A DNA stretch of 64,000 nucleotides, from NCBI RefSeq assembly GCF_039654945.1, contig NW_027361747.1:17050001-17114000 (forward strand). Reading direction: 5' to 3'. How positions within the stretch are numbered: position 1 is the stretch's first letter; every line of letters begins with the position of its first letter. The stretch comes from Dendrobates tinctorius. Its lineage: Eukaryota. Positions 35,899 through 49,256 of the stretch are shown here, one piece after another. Made by a program: the position numbers and the translations under genes. The notes below the pieces were generated by a model. That model was given only the letters and a program-made list of their open reading frames with translations, was not told where the DNA came from and did no database searches.

Positions 35899-37545
35899 CT
35901 TCAGAAAGGAAATGCAACATCAACTGTTATTCACTGTCCTATTAAGGGAATAGAAGAATCCAGGATATCTATAAACAGAAAGATAGTGAGGAAACACTTA
36001 GCTAACCTAAATGAATTCAAGTCTCCAGGTCCAGATGAATTACACCCCAGAGTACTGAAGGAGATAGCAGAAGAAATTTTTGAACCCCTCTCCATAATCT
36101 TTGAAAATTCTTGGAGAACAGGAGAAGTGCCAGAAGACTGGAGAAGAGCAAATGTTGTTCCTATCTTCAAAAAGGGGAAGAAGGTGGACCCAGGCAACTA
36201 TAGGCCGGTGAGTCTGACTTCTATACCAGGAAAGATCTTTGAACAAATTATTAAACAACATGTATGTCAATACCTGAATAAGAATGAAGTGATTAAACAG
36301 AGTCAGCATGGGTTTCTAACTAATAAGTCATGTCAGACTAACTTAATTTCCTTCTATGACGGTATCACTGATTGGGTGGATCAAGGAAATGCTGTAGATA
36401 TAGTATATCTTGACTTCAGCAAAGCATTTGACAAAGTCTCTCATACAATCCTTATTGAAAAAATGACTAAGTATGGAATGGACAAGGCAACTGTTAGGTG
36501 GATTCATAACTGGCTTAGTGATCGGACCCAAAGAGTGGTCGTAAATGGCTGCACATCCAGTTGGAAGAATGTCTCAAGTGGGGTACCACAGGGCTCTGTC
36601 CTGGGCCCTGTATTGTTCAACATCTTTATCAACGATTTAGATGAAGGAATTGAGGGTAAACTGATTAAATTTGCTGATGACACAAAGCTAGGAGGGATAG
36701 CTAATACTAGAGAAGAGAGAGAGAGGATTCAAAAAGATTTAAATAAACTGGAGAAGTGGGCAGCAACTAACAGAATGGTTTTTAACAGGGAGAAATGCAA
36801 AGTACTACATCTGGGCAATAAAAATGAAAAAAGCATATATAGAATGGGAGGAATAGGGCTAAGTGACAGCACATGTGAAAAAGACTTGGGTATACTAATA
36901 GATCACAGACTGAATATGAGTCAACAGTGTGATGCAGCAGCAAAAAAGGCAAATGCAATTCTAGGATGTATTAACAGAAGCATACAGTCTAGATCACGTG
37001 AAGTCATTATTTCCCTCTACTCCTCTTTGGTCAGACCTCATCTGGAATATTGTGTCCAGTTTTGGGCACCACATTTTAAAAAAAGACATCAACAAACTGG
37101 AGCAAGTTCAGAAAAGAGCGACCAGAATGGTGACCGGTCTGCAAACCCTGTCTTATGAGGAAAGGTTGCAGGATTTGGGAATGTTTAGTTTGCAAAAGAG
37201 AAGACTGAGAGGAGACTTAATAGCTGTCTACAAATATCTAAAGGGCTGTCACATTGTAGAAGGATCAACTTTATTCTCATTTGCACAAGGAAAGACTAGA
37301 AGCAATGGGATGAAACTGAATGGGAAGAGACACAGATTAGATATTAGAAAAAACTTTTTGACAGTTAGAGTGATCAATGAGTGGAACAGGCTGCCACGAG
37401 AAGTGGTGAGTTCTCCTTCAATGGAAGTCTTCAGAGGCTGGACAGACATCTGACTGGGATGATTTAGCGAATCCTGCTTTGAGCAGGGGGTTGGACCAGA
37501 TGGCCCAGGAGGTCCCTTCCAACTCTACGATTCTATGATTCTATG
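35899..37545 (+). mobile_element. CR1 LINE, 5'-truncated and young (RT domain open; one frameshift at ~37081)
   Basis: [39 protein letters not shown]; (GATTCTAT)n 3' tail. Confidence 0.96.
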
Positions 37546-39059
37546 TGAGGTCTTATTTTTTGAGGGACGAGTTGACGTTTTTATTGGTACCATTTTCGGG
37601 CACGTGACATTTTTTGATCGCTTTTTATTCCTATTTTTGGGACACAGAATGAACAAAAACCAGCGTTTCATGAATTTCTTTTGGGGGGGTGCGTTTACAC
37701 CGTTCCGCGTGCGGTAAAATTGATAAAGCGGTTTTATTCTTCGGGTCAGTACGGTTACAGCGATACCTCATTTATGTCTTTTTTTATGTTTTTGTCGCAA
37801 TGAAAACTAATTTATATAAAAAATAATTATTTTTGCATCGCTTTATTCTGCGAGCTATAATTTTTTCGCTGATGATGCTGTGTGGCGGCTCGTTTTTTGA
37901 GGGACAAGATGACGTTTTCAGCGGTACCATGGATATTTATATGCGTCTTTTTGATCGCGCGTTATTACACTTTTTGTTTGGCGGTATGATAATAAATCAT
38001 TATTTTTTGCTTCGTTTTTTATTTTTATTTTTTAAGGGGTTCGCTAAAGGGGTTAACTAATGAGACAGTTTTATAGGGCGGGTCATTACGGACGCGGCGA
38101 TACCTAATATGTGTACTTTTATTGTTTTTTTTTTTATTATTTCCAAAAAATGGATTTATTGGGGGAATATTTTTTTTTTTTTTTTCTAATTTATTTGGCG
38201 ATTTTTTTTTAATTATTTTAACACTTTTTATTTTTTTTTTACTTTATTAAATAGTCCCAGGTGGGACATCACTGTTCTGTGACAGATCGCTGATCTGTCA
38301 CATCACAGATCACTGTGACAGATCAGCGATCTGACACAGGCACTGCAGAAGGCTTCCTCATGCCTGCGCTTTGCAGGCACTGAGGAAGCCAGCTTCCTCA
38401 GGCCCCCGACGCCATCTTGGATTCGGGGGCCTGGAGGAAAGGAGCCCCCCGCAGCAGCGCTGCACATTGCGCTGCCGTGGGGGGCTCAGGGAAGCACAGA
38501 GGGAGCCCCCTCCCTGCCGACGCTTCCCTTTAACCCCCGGTACACCGCGATCATGTTTGATCGCCGTGTGCAAGGGGTTAACGTGTCGGGGGCGGTCCGT
38601 GACCGCCCCTGACACATTGTGCCGGGTGTCAGCTGTGATAATCAGCTGACACCCGGCTGCGATCAGCGGCGCTCACGTGGGCGCCGCTGATCGCGCTAGA
38701 CGTACTATCCCGTCCATGGGCATAGGGGCCCGGGTCCCATGGACGGGATAGTACGTCTCATGTCAGGAAGGGGTTAAATAAGGCAATGAAGCAGACTACA
38801 TAAAAAACCTACAAAAACACTTCACACAGGGCCATTTAATGACAATAGACAAAATCTTTATTAATGACACATAAATTAGTAAAAACAAGGCAGGGACCAC
38901 CAGTACAAGAAGAAAAAGGTGGGTAAACAACGGGAGTACCTCAACAACCAATATATACCACAAAAAAGTTGATGCAGCAAACAAATATTCCCCCAAAGAT
39001 GATATTTACACTGTTGTGCACATATTACAAGGTGCTAAATATAGAAAAATATTTATGTA

Positions 39060-39509
39060 TCATTTTGTATCCAAATCCAGCTTTAAACTTCTCTACAACA
39101 GTATCACGAACCTGCCTGTTGTGTTCCTTGGTCTTCATAATGCTCTCTGTGCTTCACACAGAACCCTGAGACCATCACAGAGCACGTGCATTTATACGGA
39201 GACTTGATTACACACAGGTGGATTATATTTATCATCATTAGTCATTTAGGACAACATTGGATCATTCAGAGATCCACAATGAACTTCTGGAGTGAGTTTG
39301 CTGCACTGAAAGTAAAGGGGTCGAATAATATTGAACGCCCCACTTTTCAGTTTTTCACAAAAATTTAAAATAACCAATAAATTTCATTCAACTTCACAAT
39401 TGTGTCCCACTTGTTGATTCTTCACCAAAAATTTACATTTGGTATCTTTATGTTTGAAGCATGATACGTGGGAAAAGGTTGAAAAGTTCCAGGGGGATGC
39501 AAGGCACTG
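39060..39509 (-). mobile_element. Tc1 5' fragment
   Basis: TA-CAGTGCCTTGC terminus; MKTKEHNRQVRDTVVEKFKAGFGYK on the minus strand. Confidence 0.8.
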
Positions 39510-39556
39510 TATGTACACACAGTATGTCAGTGTCATAATATTTACGCAAACACTTA

Positions 39557-39925
39557 AGGGGCCTTTACACATAGCGATATCACTAAAGCGTCACCGATTT
39601 TGTGACGCAGCAGCGATATCGCTACATGTGACACTTACCTCCGACCGGCTCCCCCGCTGTCTGTCGCTGATCGCGCGAGATCGTGCAGCTCCATTTCTCG
39701 TCGGGCGCTTCCTGCTGGGCTTCTTGCTGGAGCCGACGAGTGACGCGTGGACGTCAGGAGCGCCGCGTCTGACAGGTAAGTGACGACCGCTGTATCGCTG
39801 CTGCATCGCTGTGAGATCTGCCTGTGTGGAAGCTCACTAGCGACCATTTCGCGATGCACCAGCGATCCTGACCGGGCCGTATCGTTGTCGGGATTGCGGG
39901 TGCATCGCTAAATGTAAAGGGGGCT
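39557..39925. mobile_element. Harbinger-type MITE
   Basis: Same family as 19384-19764; TSD TTA. Confidence 0.88.
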
Positions 39926-40537
39926 TTACATTGAATGCTACATTTTAGTGAAAACATTACGACTTTTGCAGTGATCGTGGTTATCTTGCAAAATGTGCAA
40001 ACGAATATCAATTGTTATCAGCAGTAATAGAAAACACTCCTGCATTCTTAACACATGCAGGTCAATGAGTTCATGGAGTTTGTATGAGGACAAGGCCGAA
40101 GGTCACATACAACATTAAAAGGGAAAGTAAGTAGAGCACCTGGTGTGTCTGAAGGACAAGTACGGACAGGTATGACACTGCTGATCGGGCATGCTCTGTC
40201 ATTAGCTTTCCCAGGGTAAATACAGCACGACTCCATTAACATGAAGGGGAATCCCAGCAAGATGACATCACTTAAGGATAGAAAAGTTGGCAAGAAATTT
40301 AAGGTCGAAAACAAGATAAAATAAAACCTAAAACATTCAAATAGGATGGAAAAAAGGATTTTTGGGGTCAGCGGTCGATCTGAAAATCTGCTGGTATGTG
40401 TACACTGCAATATGTATAAAATCAGAGGTATCCAACAGCAGGGTATGGGTGACAGCTTGTGTGCATTAGCCCTAAAAGCATTGTATAAAGTACCAATGTA
40501 CAGCTAAGGTCCATGTACTGGAAACCACTGTACTACC

Positions 40538-40809
40538 CAGGGCTGTGGAGTCGGTAAGCCAAACCTGCGACTCCGACTCCTCAATTTCCCTTACACCGAC
40601 TCCAACTCCCACACATATTGCTTATATTTAAGTGAAAAATTTATTGTAGTACAATGTGAACATCAGACATTTAATGATTTTTATGATCCAATAATCAAGA
40701 TATTTAGATAGATATTCTGTTCTATTTATTGGAATACAACTTTAGAACACAAAAAACTGTAATAAATTGTAAATATGCAATACATTATGTAATATCGATT
40801 ACATATATA
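40538..40809 (+). mobile_element. hAT terminal fragment (CAGGGCTGTGGAGTCGG family)
   Basis: Terminus matches the element at 52506; gactcc subterminal repeats. Confidence 0.8.
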
Positions 40810-42015
40810 CAGTACAGACCAAAAGTTTGGACACACCTTCTCATTCAAAGAGTTTTCTTTTATTTCATGACTATGAAAATTGTAGATTCATTCTGAAGGC
40901 ATCAAAACTATGAATTAACATATGTGGAATGATATAATTAACAAAAAAGTGTGAAACAACTGAAAATATGTCTTACCGTATTTTTCGCTTTATAAGACGC
41001 TCCGGATTATAAGACGCACCACAAATTTTGAGGAGAAAAATAGGAAAAAATGTTTTTTTTAATAAAATGGTGGTGCCTCTTATAATCCAGGTGTCTTATT
41101 GGGGGTGGTGGCTGCGGTGAAGTGGGGTCCCAGGGTCGCTGCTGGAGGAGGCAGGAGTGGGGTGATACTGCAGGCCGCAGGATGGGATGAGATGGTGCTC
41201 CGATGTGCATTTTGCTGCCAGGGGGGCTCGTGCTGCTACCAGGGGGGCTCATGCTGCTACCAGGGGGGCTCACGCTGCTGCCAGGGGGGGGTCTGTGTTG
41301 CTACCAGGGGGGCTCGCGCTGCTGCCAGGTGGGCTGTACTGCTGCCAGGTGGGCTGTACTGCTGCCAGGGGGGGGTCTGTGCTGCTACCAGGGGGGGGGG
41401 CTCATGCTGCTGCCAGGGGGGCTCGTGCTGCTTCCAGGGGGGCTGTACTTCCAGGGGGGGCTTGCGCTGCTGCCAGGGGGGGGCTCATGCTGCTACCAGG
41501 GGGGGCTTGCGCTGCTGCCAGGGGGGGCTGTACTGCTGCCAGGGGGCTCTGCCCACATTTACCGGGTGTCCGTTGGCGCTGTGCGTGTCTCGGGACTGAG
41601 ATCTCGAGAGATGAGATTTCAGCGAGATCTGTCCCGAGATCACCATCAGCGCATGCGCCGCCATATTGCCGGAGCCCAAAACAGAGGGAACCGAGAGGGA
41701 GCCCCGGGGCTCTGGCCTGTCGCAAAATGTCGCTAGAGCACCGGGATTGGAACCAGAGACACCGCTGGGCACGTGGAGACACGGCTGGGCACCCGGAGAC
41801 ACCCACAGCGCCGACGGACAGCCGGACAACCCTGCGGCCTACACCCGGTAATGTATATCCTCTTTGTAAGACGCACCCCCATTTTCCCCCCAAGTTTGGG
41901 GGGAAAAAAGTGCATCTTACAAATCGGAAAATACGGTATATTCTAGGTTCTTCAAAGTAGCCACCTTTTGCTTTGATTACTGCTTTGCACACTCTTGGCA
42001 TTCTCTTGATGAGCA
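40810..42015 (+). mobile_element. Tc1 left end (same family as 10602) interrupted by a pogo-like MITE
   Basis: TA-CAGTACAGACCAAAAGTTTGG; sequence resumes tattctaggttcttcaaag at ~41939. Confidence 0.88.
40976..41936 (-). mobile_element. pogo/Tigger-like MITE containing a ~20-bp G-rich minisatellite (41212-41545)
   Basis: TA TSD; CCGTATTTTTCG...CGGAAAATACGG termini; gctgccaggggggg repeats. Confidence 0.82.
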
Positions 42016-43984
42016 CACTGTGGCTCAAAAGGGAGGGGAGCTTTTGGATTTGGGAGCACAAAATTTGCCAAATTTCTTTTTGGGAGCAAGGAGCCATTTC
42101 ACTTTTCCAGAGCCTGTGTACTACCAGTAACTTGCATGTCCTGTATACTTGCTTTTTTGTGGATTGATTTGAAGTTTTTGTTGAGAACATTTTACGAAAA
42201 ATTTGGGATCATATTTTTCCAGTGCTCTACACTGAGCACTTACTTTGGGGTTTCCATCTAAATCTCCAAGTGACGTGGTTTAAGAGCCGCAGCATGTCAA
42301 CTTCTGATTGCTGTCTGCTCGTTTTAAACAATTGTATTTCATTACATGCAGTGAATCTGCATCTACTGACAAACAAGGGTGTTAATTAGAACTCTGTGAA
42401 AATTTGCTGCATCCAAAACACTACTATTCCTCATCGTGGGAACATAGACTTATAATGCACCAGCATTGCATTGCGTTAAAACTGTCAGTCTGCTCTCACA
42501 CTAACTTGTTAGACCATGCTCTTAGGATAGTCCAACAAGCTTGCTGCAGCCTGGTGTCCCAGATGTAGTTAAAACAACGTTGGGACACCATGGCAACGAT
42601 CAACCCCCGCAATGACGTTGCGGGGGGGGGGCATGTTTTGCCGATCGGAGGGCAGATATTGAGCAGCATTTGGGGGGGGTTAAACTGCCGGAAGTGGTGC
42701 GGGCACCATTCCTATGGTATTAGCCAAATACCCGGCAGCAATCGTGCACGCACAGCTCTTGTTCGCGCTAAATAGCCAGGACGCACCTAGTACGTCCAAG
42801 GTTGGCAAGTTATTCCCAACCGGGATGTACTGGGTACGTCGAAGGTCATGAAGGGGTTAATTCTCTACTGGATCACCAGAGATAGCCAAGCGCTATTTGC
42901 ACCCCCATAAGAATCAAAGGAGTGGCAATGTACATTATTAACCACTGCTCCATTCACAGAGGAGTGAGCTCATGCTCACTAATGCTCCATTTATTTTTGA
43001 TGGAGCCACTGAAAATAGCCAAGAGATGTGCTCCTGGTCTTCAGCACTACAATGAGAATGAATGGAGCGTGCACTTCTTCCCCTACATGAGGTTGACCAA
43101 TCATAGGCAACACATGGGGGGGCATGCCCCCACAAAAGCTTAGAGCAGGTTTTTCAGGAAAAAAAAAATCACATATATAGCGCCATTAATTCCACAGCGC
43201 TTTACATACATCATTGGCACTGTCCCCGATGGGGCTCACAATCTAGCTTCCCTATCAGTAGGTCTTTGGAATATTCCATGAATGCCAAAGATGGTGCCGA
43301 TCACGGCTGAGATAGAATATACATTTTGGCTCTGCTTTCTCTTGCTGCACTTTTGTTATGCCTGGCTCACTACCAGTTGTCACCTTGACTAGACCTTGGA
43401 TATTGATATTTGGATCCCTGGTGACTGACTGTTCGAGCGTAACTTGCCAGCACGGTTTCTCACTTTCTGTGAATTCCTTATATCAGTCTACTGTGTCACT
43501 TTTTTGCCTCCTGTAACTTGTTTGCGTTGTTCTCTATATTTATCCACTCATTTGGGCTTGACCTTGGTCACATTGTTGAGGAGCCATAATGCTGGCCCCT
43601 GGCGTACTAAAATGCCCACCACACCAGTTACTGGTGAAGAAGGCTTTTGAACCTTCAAAAAGGAGGTATCCTCTATATTGGGGTTTCTCAAACTATTTCT
43701 ACTGGGGCCTGAGATCAAGATAATGGTCATGTCTGTGCTGCGGAATATGTCGGCGCTACAGAAATAAAATGTATTATTATTTATTATTATTCACTGAAGA
43801 CAGATTTTACCAGTAAAATGAGAATTTTGAGAACAAATGATCAGTCCAATAGAAGAAAAAAGCAGATTTCTCTAATATGATATATTACAAAGTTTCTTTC
43901 ATATGTATTACAAAACAAATCTATCGGAAGCTTCCAAACACAACATCATATGGGCAGTCCAGAATTGTTTCAAAGCATGGTAAT

Positions 43985-44198
43985 CTTAGTGTATGTAAAC
44001 TTTTGACTTTGCAGTAAGTAATAAAAGATGCCTAGAACCTTCTCGCTCATTATTCTGGCATTTGGCAAATATTAATAATTATGGTAATCCTAATTGACCT
44101 AAAACAGGAAAGGTTTATTCTGATTTCATGTCAGATATTGAGAAAAGCAGACATGTGTGTCTTTTTATATAGTCTACGTAAACTTCTGGTTTCAACTG
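43985..44198. mobile_element. Sleeping Beauty/Tdr1-like IR/DR terminal repeat
   Basis: Inner DR gtgtatgtaaacttttgac; outer end gtaaacttctggtttcaactg-TA; spacer tggtaatcctaattgacctaaaacagg resembles the SB IR as recalled. Confidence 0.75.
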
Positions 44199-44564
44199 TA
44201 GGTCAGACACTTGGAACCGGCCAAATAAAGAGAGTGGTCAGAACGGTCATTATTGTAGTCGTTCCCTTATCTTATTCGTGTGGATGTTCTCTAGGCTCCC
44301 AAATAGACATAGGCAGACTTACTGAAGCTATAAAAGCTGACAAGAGAACACTCCAGTCTGTGCAGAACATTCAGTACCAGTTCATTTCAGCAATACACTA
44401 ACGTTAAGCTAAACAGACAACAACATTCATATGGATGCACAGAAATTCTGAAACAAATCCCCCCCCACTTACACAGAATAAAAACTTGAGAAGCTATGTC
44501 CGTATTGACTGGATGTATTAAGAAGCAGGGTCAGCCGGAGTTTTACATCCTTCTCTAAGGCAAA

Positions 44565-45355
44565 TTTCATGCCCCCTACCGGCCATACTTACCAGCGCGG
44601 CCCCGCTGCCCTCCTGCACGCCTCCCGGCGCGCTCCTGCTCCACGTCGCGTCCCCGCTCCAGACATCCGGACTCCCCGTCGTCGTTCCTGCGCGCCTGCG
44701 CCGGTCTATTCCCTTGGCGCTCGGACCTCTGGGAGCAGTGACGCAGTGGCTCCGCCCACAACATGGCGGCGCCCACCGGCTATTTCAGCAAGGCATCTTG
44801 TCAGGTAAGATGCCTGATTATCTTCTGCGGTGACGCTGTTCCTGCCCTAGCGTTTCCGCTCCTCTCAGGTCCCTGTATCCTCTGCGCTATCCTTCTGTCC
44901 TGTTTGCGCTGCCCCGGTAGCTTCTCTGCTCTGTGGCCCCACCTGCCTTGTCCAGTGTCTCTGTCTTGTCCTTAGTGCATCTCTGGTCCGTTACCCTCTG
45001 CTATCCGTCCGGCCTCTGTGTGTTGTCCGTACCTGGCTCTCCTTCCTCTCTCGCCCACAGTCACCAGCCTCCGTCTGCCTCTAATGCTCCCGGTCCTGCT
45101 TGTCTCTATTCTCCCTAGTTCCTGCAGTCCCTTCGTGCTCCTGGACTCTGTCCCTCCTCGCCACAGACTCTCATATTTCTAGCCCTGGTCGTCCCTTTGG
45201 CTCTGGCTGTTACGGTTCCATCCCTCGGGGGCCTGCTCCTAACGCTCCCTGTATAGGGGGTGGGTTTCACCTGGTCAGCTCGCCCTCGGGGGCTCTGGAG
45301 CCGTGACCCAGAGGGTCCACCTCCAGGTCCCTCCTTTATTTTCCACACCGTAACA
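44565..45355. mobile_element. Solo LTR, gypsy-like (~790 bp)
   Basis: Termini T(T)TCAT...TAACA; 5-bp TSD gcaaa/gtaaa. Confidence 0.6.
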
Positions 45356-45858
45356 GTAAAGTTCTTATTAAGAAAAAAAAAAAATGTGTGCCATTTCACG
45401 AATCAGGTAGATAAAGATCTCTCCTAGCAACTATAGCTAAAATTACCTTCAAAGCTCTGCAGCAAAGAGGAGAAGAAAAAAGAAGAAATAAAAAAAAACA
45501 ATTTGCTGCCTGTCATAAGCGGCACTCCAAAGCAATTGGATTAGATTCAGGCTGAGACATAAAAGCCCTTAAAGGGGTAATGAGCCTCAGGATAGGTGCC
45601 TGATACCCAAGACTCACAAGTCAGCAAATATCCATAAATGTGGCATAACTGGCCCCTCATCTCCCAATGTACAAGTGAGCAGAGACAGATTACCCTTATT
45701 AAAAAAAAAAAAAAAAAAATTCAGCTTGAAGTCTGTCGCCCCCGATGAATTTACAGCAGAAAGTCTGGGTCTGCCTCTAGCTCCTCCCATCCACTGAATA
45801 TAATGAGCACCAACTGTCGTCTCCCATTGCACTAATGGGAAAGTCTCTACTCCCTTAA

Positions 45859-47761
45859 GGCTGGTTTCACACATCCTGATATTTCCCATACCGGAGATAA
45901 CCATGTCCATGTGTGTCATACATGTGGCGAACACATGTACTGCCACCTGGGAAGCAGTTCTACAGTTAGAATTGTTCCCCGGCGCCGGGAGCTGAAGACG
46001 ATTCTCATCATTATCCCGTGCTCTGCCAGTGATCAGAGCGAGTAGGGGAGAACGTTGAGTTCTCTTCAACTGATAACAGCGACAGCAGGCGGTGGCTGAT
46101 GGGACTACTACTCCCATCAGCGTACACCTGTTGCCACTAATAACAGTGAGAGCAGGCGTTGGCTGATGGGAGTATTCATCACCCGCCTCCTGCGCTATAA
46201 ATATTTCAATAAATTTTAAAAAAGACAGCGTGGTTTTGCCTGTAGCTTTGATAACCAGCCAGGCAAAACTGACCGCTGTGGGCTGCAACCCTCAGCTGTC
46301 AGTGTTAGTAAGGCTGCTTATCAAGAATAGAGGGGCCCTCATGGTGTTTTTTTATTATTTAAATAATTTTTTTTTTAAAAATGGTGTGGAGTCCCCCCCA
46401 TTTTTGACAACCAGCCTTGCTAAAAGCTCACCGCTGGGGGCTGGTATTCTCACGCTGGTAAGGGGCTATGGATATTGACCCCCTCCCAGACTAAAAATAG
46501 CAGCCTGCAACTGCCCAGAAAAGGCACATCTATTAGATGTGCCAATTCTGGCGCTTTGCTCGGCTTTTCCCACTTGCCCTGTAGCAGTGACAAGTGGGAT
46601 TCATATTTGTGGGGTCTGCATTGTCAGGTGACATCATGCCCACGGCTTAGTAATGGAGAGACATCTGTAAGATACCCATCCATTACTAATCCTATAGTTA
46701 ACATGGTAAATACACACACAGCCAGATTAAAGTCTTTCATTTGAAATCAAAACAAAAACACAGTTTACCATTTTTATTTAAAAATAACGAAACGCTTATA
46801 TTCACCTAACGCTTAATTCCACTGAATTCCTCATGTCCTGTAATAAAACAAAAAACAACAATATCCCTCACCTGTCCGACGTTCAGTCCCATGCCATAAT
46901 CCATGTCGGGGGATAAATAGTTGTCAACTTGAATGGTGCCATGATACGACCGTCCAGGTTAAAAACCACTGGTGACTGAACAGCTGCAAGCACAACGTCA
47001 GTTAGCAGCGGTGAACTCATAGAGGTTACCGGCGCGAGTCACTGAGGATGTGTTCTCAGCCGGGGCTGAACTGCGGTGACCTCAGAATCGTGAGAAAAAA
47101 AGTCAAATCTGCGGTGAAATCACTGACCTGAACTCAGTGACTTTTTCTCACGGTGCTGAGGTCATCCATGTGTTATCAGTGTGCATATGTGCGGGACGGT
47201 ATTGCGGCCCGTGTTGCTGTTAAAATACGGACATGTCAGCGTATTTTGACAATAGACACACGGTCAGTGGAGACGCACTAACATGTGCACAGACCCATTC
47301 ACCTTGAATGGGTATACTGTACGTGTGTAAAGACCCCGTCTCACATAGCGAGATCGCTGTTGCGTGACTTGCGTCACCGATTTTGTAACGCAACAGTGAT
47401 CTCACTACGTGTGACACATAGCGGCAATCGGGCCCCTGCTGCAATGTCGCTGATCATGCTCGAATGTCCTGGGCCATTTTTTTTTTTTAATCGCTGGTCA
47501 GCATGCATCGCTGTGTTTGACAGGGACAACGACGAACGACCTTAATACTACAAGTCCGAGAGACAGGGTCCCAATGACCGTCGTATCGTTTCGTATCGCT
47601 GCTGCTTCACTGGTGAGATCTGACTATTTGACATCTCACCAGCGACCATGTAGCGACGCACCAGCGATCCCTACAGGTCATATCGTTGTAGGGATCGCTG
47701 GTGCGTCGCCAAGTGTGACGGTACCCTAACGTAGCGGACACACTGAGGTCTGAAAGAGGCC
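45859..47761. mobile_element. Long Harbinger-type non-autonomous element with nested MITE (47331-47726, TSD TAA)
   Basis: TAA-GGCTGGTTTCACAC ... GTCTGAAAGAGGCC-TTA. Confidence 0.6.
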
Positions 47762-48074
47762 TTAAGATAGATTTCACCAGTGAATCAAGAGCGAAAGATC
47801 AATTGAGGAAGTGAAAGCTGAGCCCTACTGTACATGGAGGACTTAGGAGATACAGCCATCAGCTGAATAACTATTTGGCCAACAGCTATCTAATGTGCAC
47901 TGGAACAGGCAAATTATAATTGGGTACTGGGTGTTAGATAAATGGCAAATTAGAATTGCAGTACTAAAACCATTGCTTGGAAATATATTAATTGGGGATT
48001 TCAGAGGCAGGACACAAATTATTTCTGGAAAAAGTGGTAAAGATATGAGAAATTCCCAGTAATAGGCGTTTTAA

Positions 48075-48480
48075 AGGCCTGTCACACTAAGCGATATCGC
48101 TAGCAATATCGCTATAACGTCACTGTTTTTTGTGACGTTATAGCGATATTGCTAGCGATATCGCTATGTCTGATACTTACCTCTGACCGGCTCCCCCGTG
48201 GTTATCGCTGATCGCGCGAGAACGTCCTGCACTTTTTCTCGCCGTCAGCTTCCTGCTGGGCTTCCTGCTGTGGAGACGAGCGACGCATGGACGCAGGCGG
48301 GAGGACGTCAGGATCGCCTCGTCTGACAGGTAAGTAGCGACCCCCGACCCCTGCTATGTCGCTGGTGAGATCTGCCTGTGTGGCAGCTCACTAGCGACCA
48401 CTTAGTGATGCACCAGCGATCCTGACCGTGTCATATCGCTGGTCGGGATCGCTGGTGCATCGCTAAGTGTGACAGTACCT
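48075..48480. mobile_element. Harbinger-type MITE
   Basis: Same family; TAA/TTA flanks. Confidence 0.85.
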
Positions 48481-49256
48481 TTAGTCTAAAGCCCCCGTTA
48501 CACATAGCGATATCGCTAGCAATATCGCTGTAACATCACCGATTTTGTGACGTTATAGCGATATTGCTAGCGATATCACTATGTCTGATACTTACCTCCG
48601 ACCGGCTCCCCCGCTGCTCATTGCTGGTCGCGCGAGAACGTCCTGGGCCATTTCTCGTCGGGCACTTCCTGCTCGGCTTCCTGTGGCGCCGACGAGCGAC
48701 GCGTGGACGCGGGCGGGAGGACATCAGGATCGCCGCATCTGACAGGTAAGTAGCGACCCCCGACTCCTGCAATGTCGCTGGTGAGATCTGCCTGTGTGGC
48801 AGCTCACTAGCGACCACTTAGTGATGCACCAGTGATCCATATCGTTGTCGGGATCGCTGGTGCCAGAGGTCGCGCTACATATTTTTCAGAGGAGTAAAAA
48901 TACTCCTCCCAATATTTTTGAGGAGTATTTTTCACCACGGAGGAGTACGCAATTTGTATGAATTAAAATTGGCCATACAGGGGTATACATTGCCGTGCTA
49001 TTAAAAAAAACATTAGGAAACGTTATTAGAACTTCACACAATGATTTTTTACACAAATAGAGAAATTGGAGAATTCAAAACACATTTTATATCATGCACT
49101 GTCAAGTTAGATTCTGTGAATCCTTACCTTTCTTGAACAAAATCCGTCACTCAAGGACCAGGACAATAGACCATGTAAACAGAGGTCAACAGAAGAACAT
49201 TTGAAAAAAAGATGAACTGGAACAGTGAAACTAAGGCTAGCAGAAAGTCTTGTGCA

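Larger units (their letters stand above)
33191..38773 (+). mobile_element. Tx1/Tx2-like piggyBac-type non-autonomous element with ~390-bp internal tandem repeats
   Basis: TTAA-CCCCTTC...GAAGGGG-TTAA; marker ggaacttatctagat at ~34101, 34474, 34862 and 35249; no transposase ORF. Confidence 0.8.

Noticed and set aside
41099-42190. Gly/Cys/Ala-rich ORFs of 166-262 aa resembling keratin-associated proteins
   Set aside because: They lie in a G-rich minisatellite inside a MITE
45614-46288. 224-aa minus-strand ORF
   Set aside because: Spans a Harbinger-type element boundary and a poly-T run; no recognisable domain
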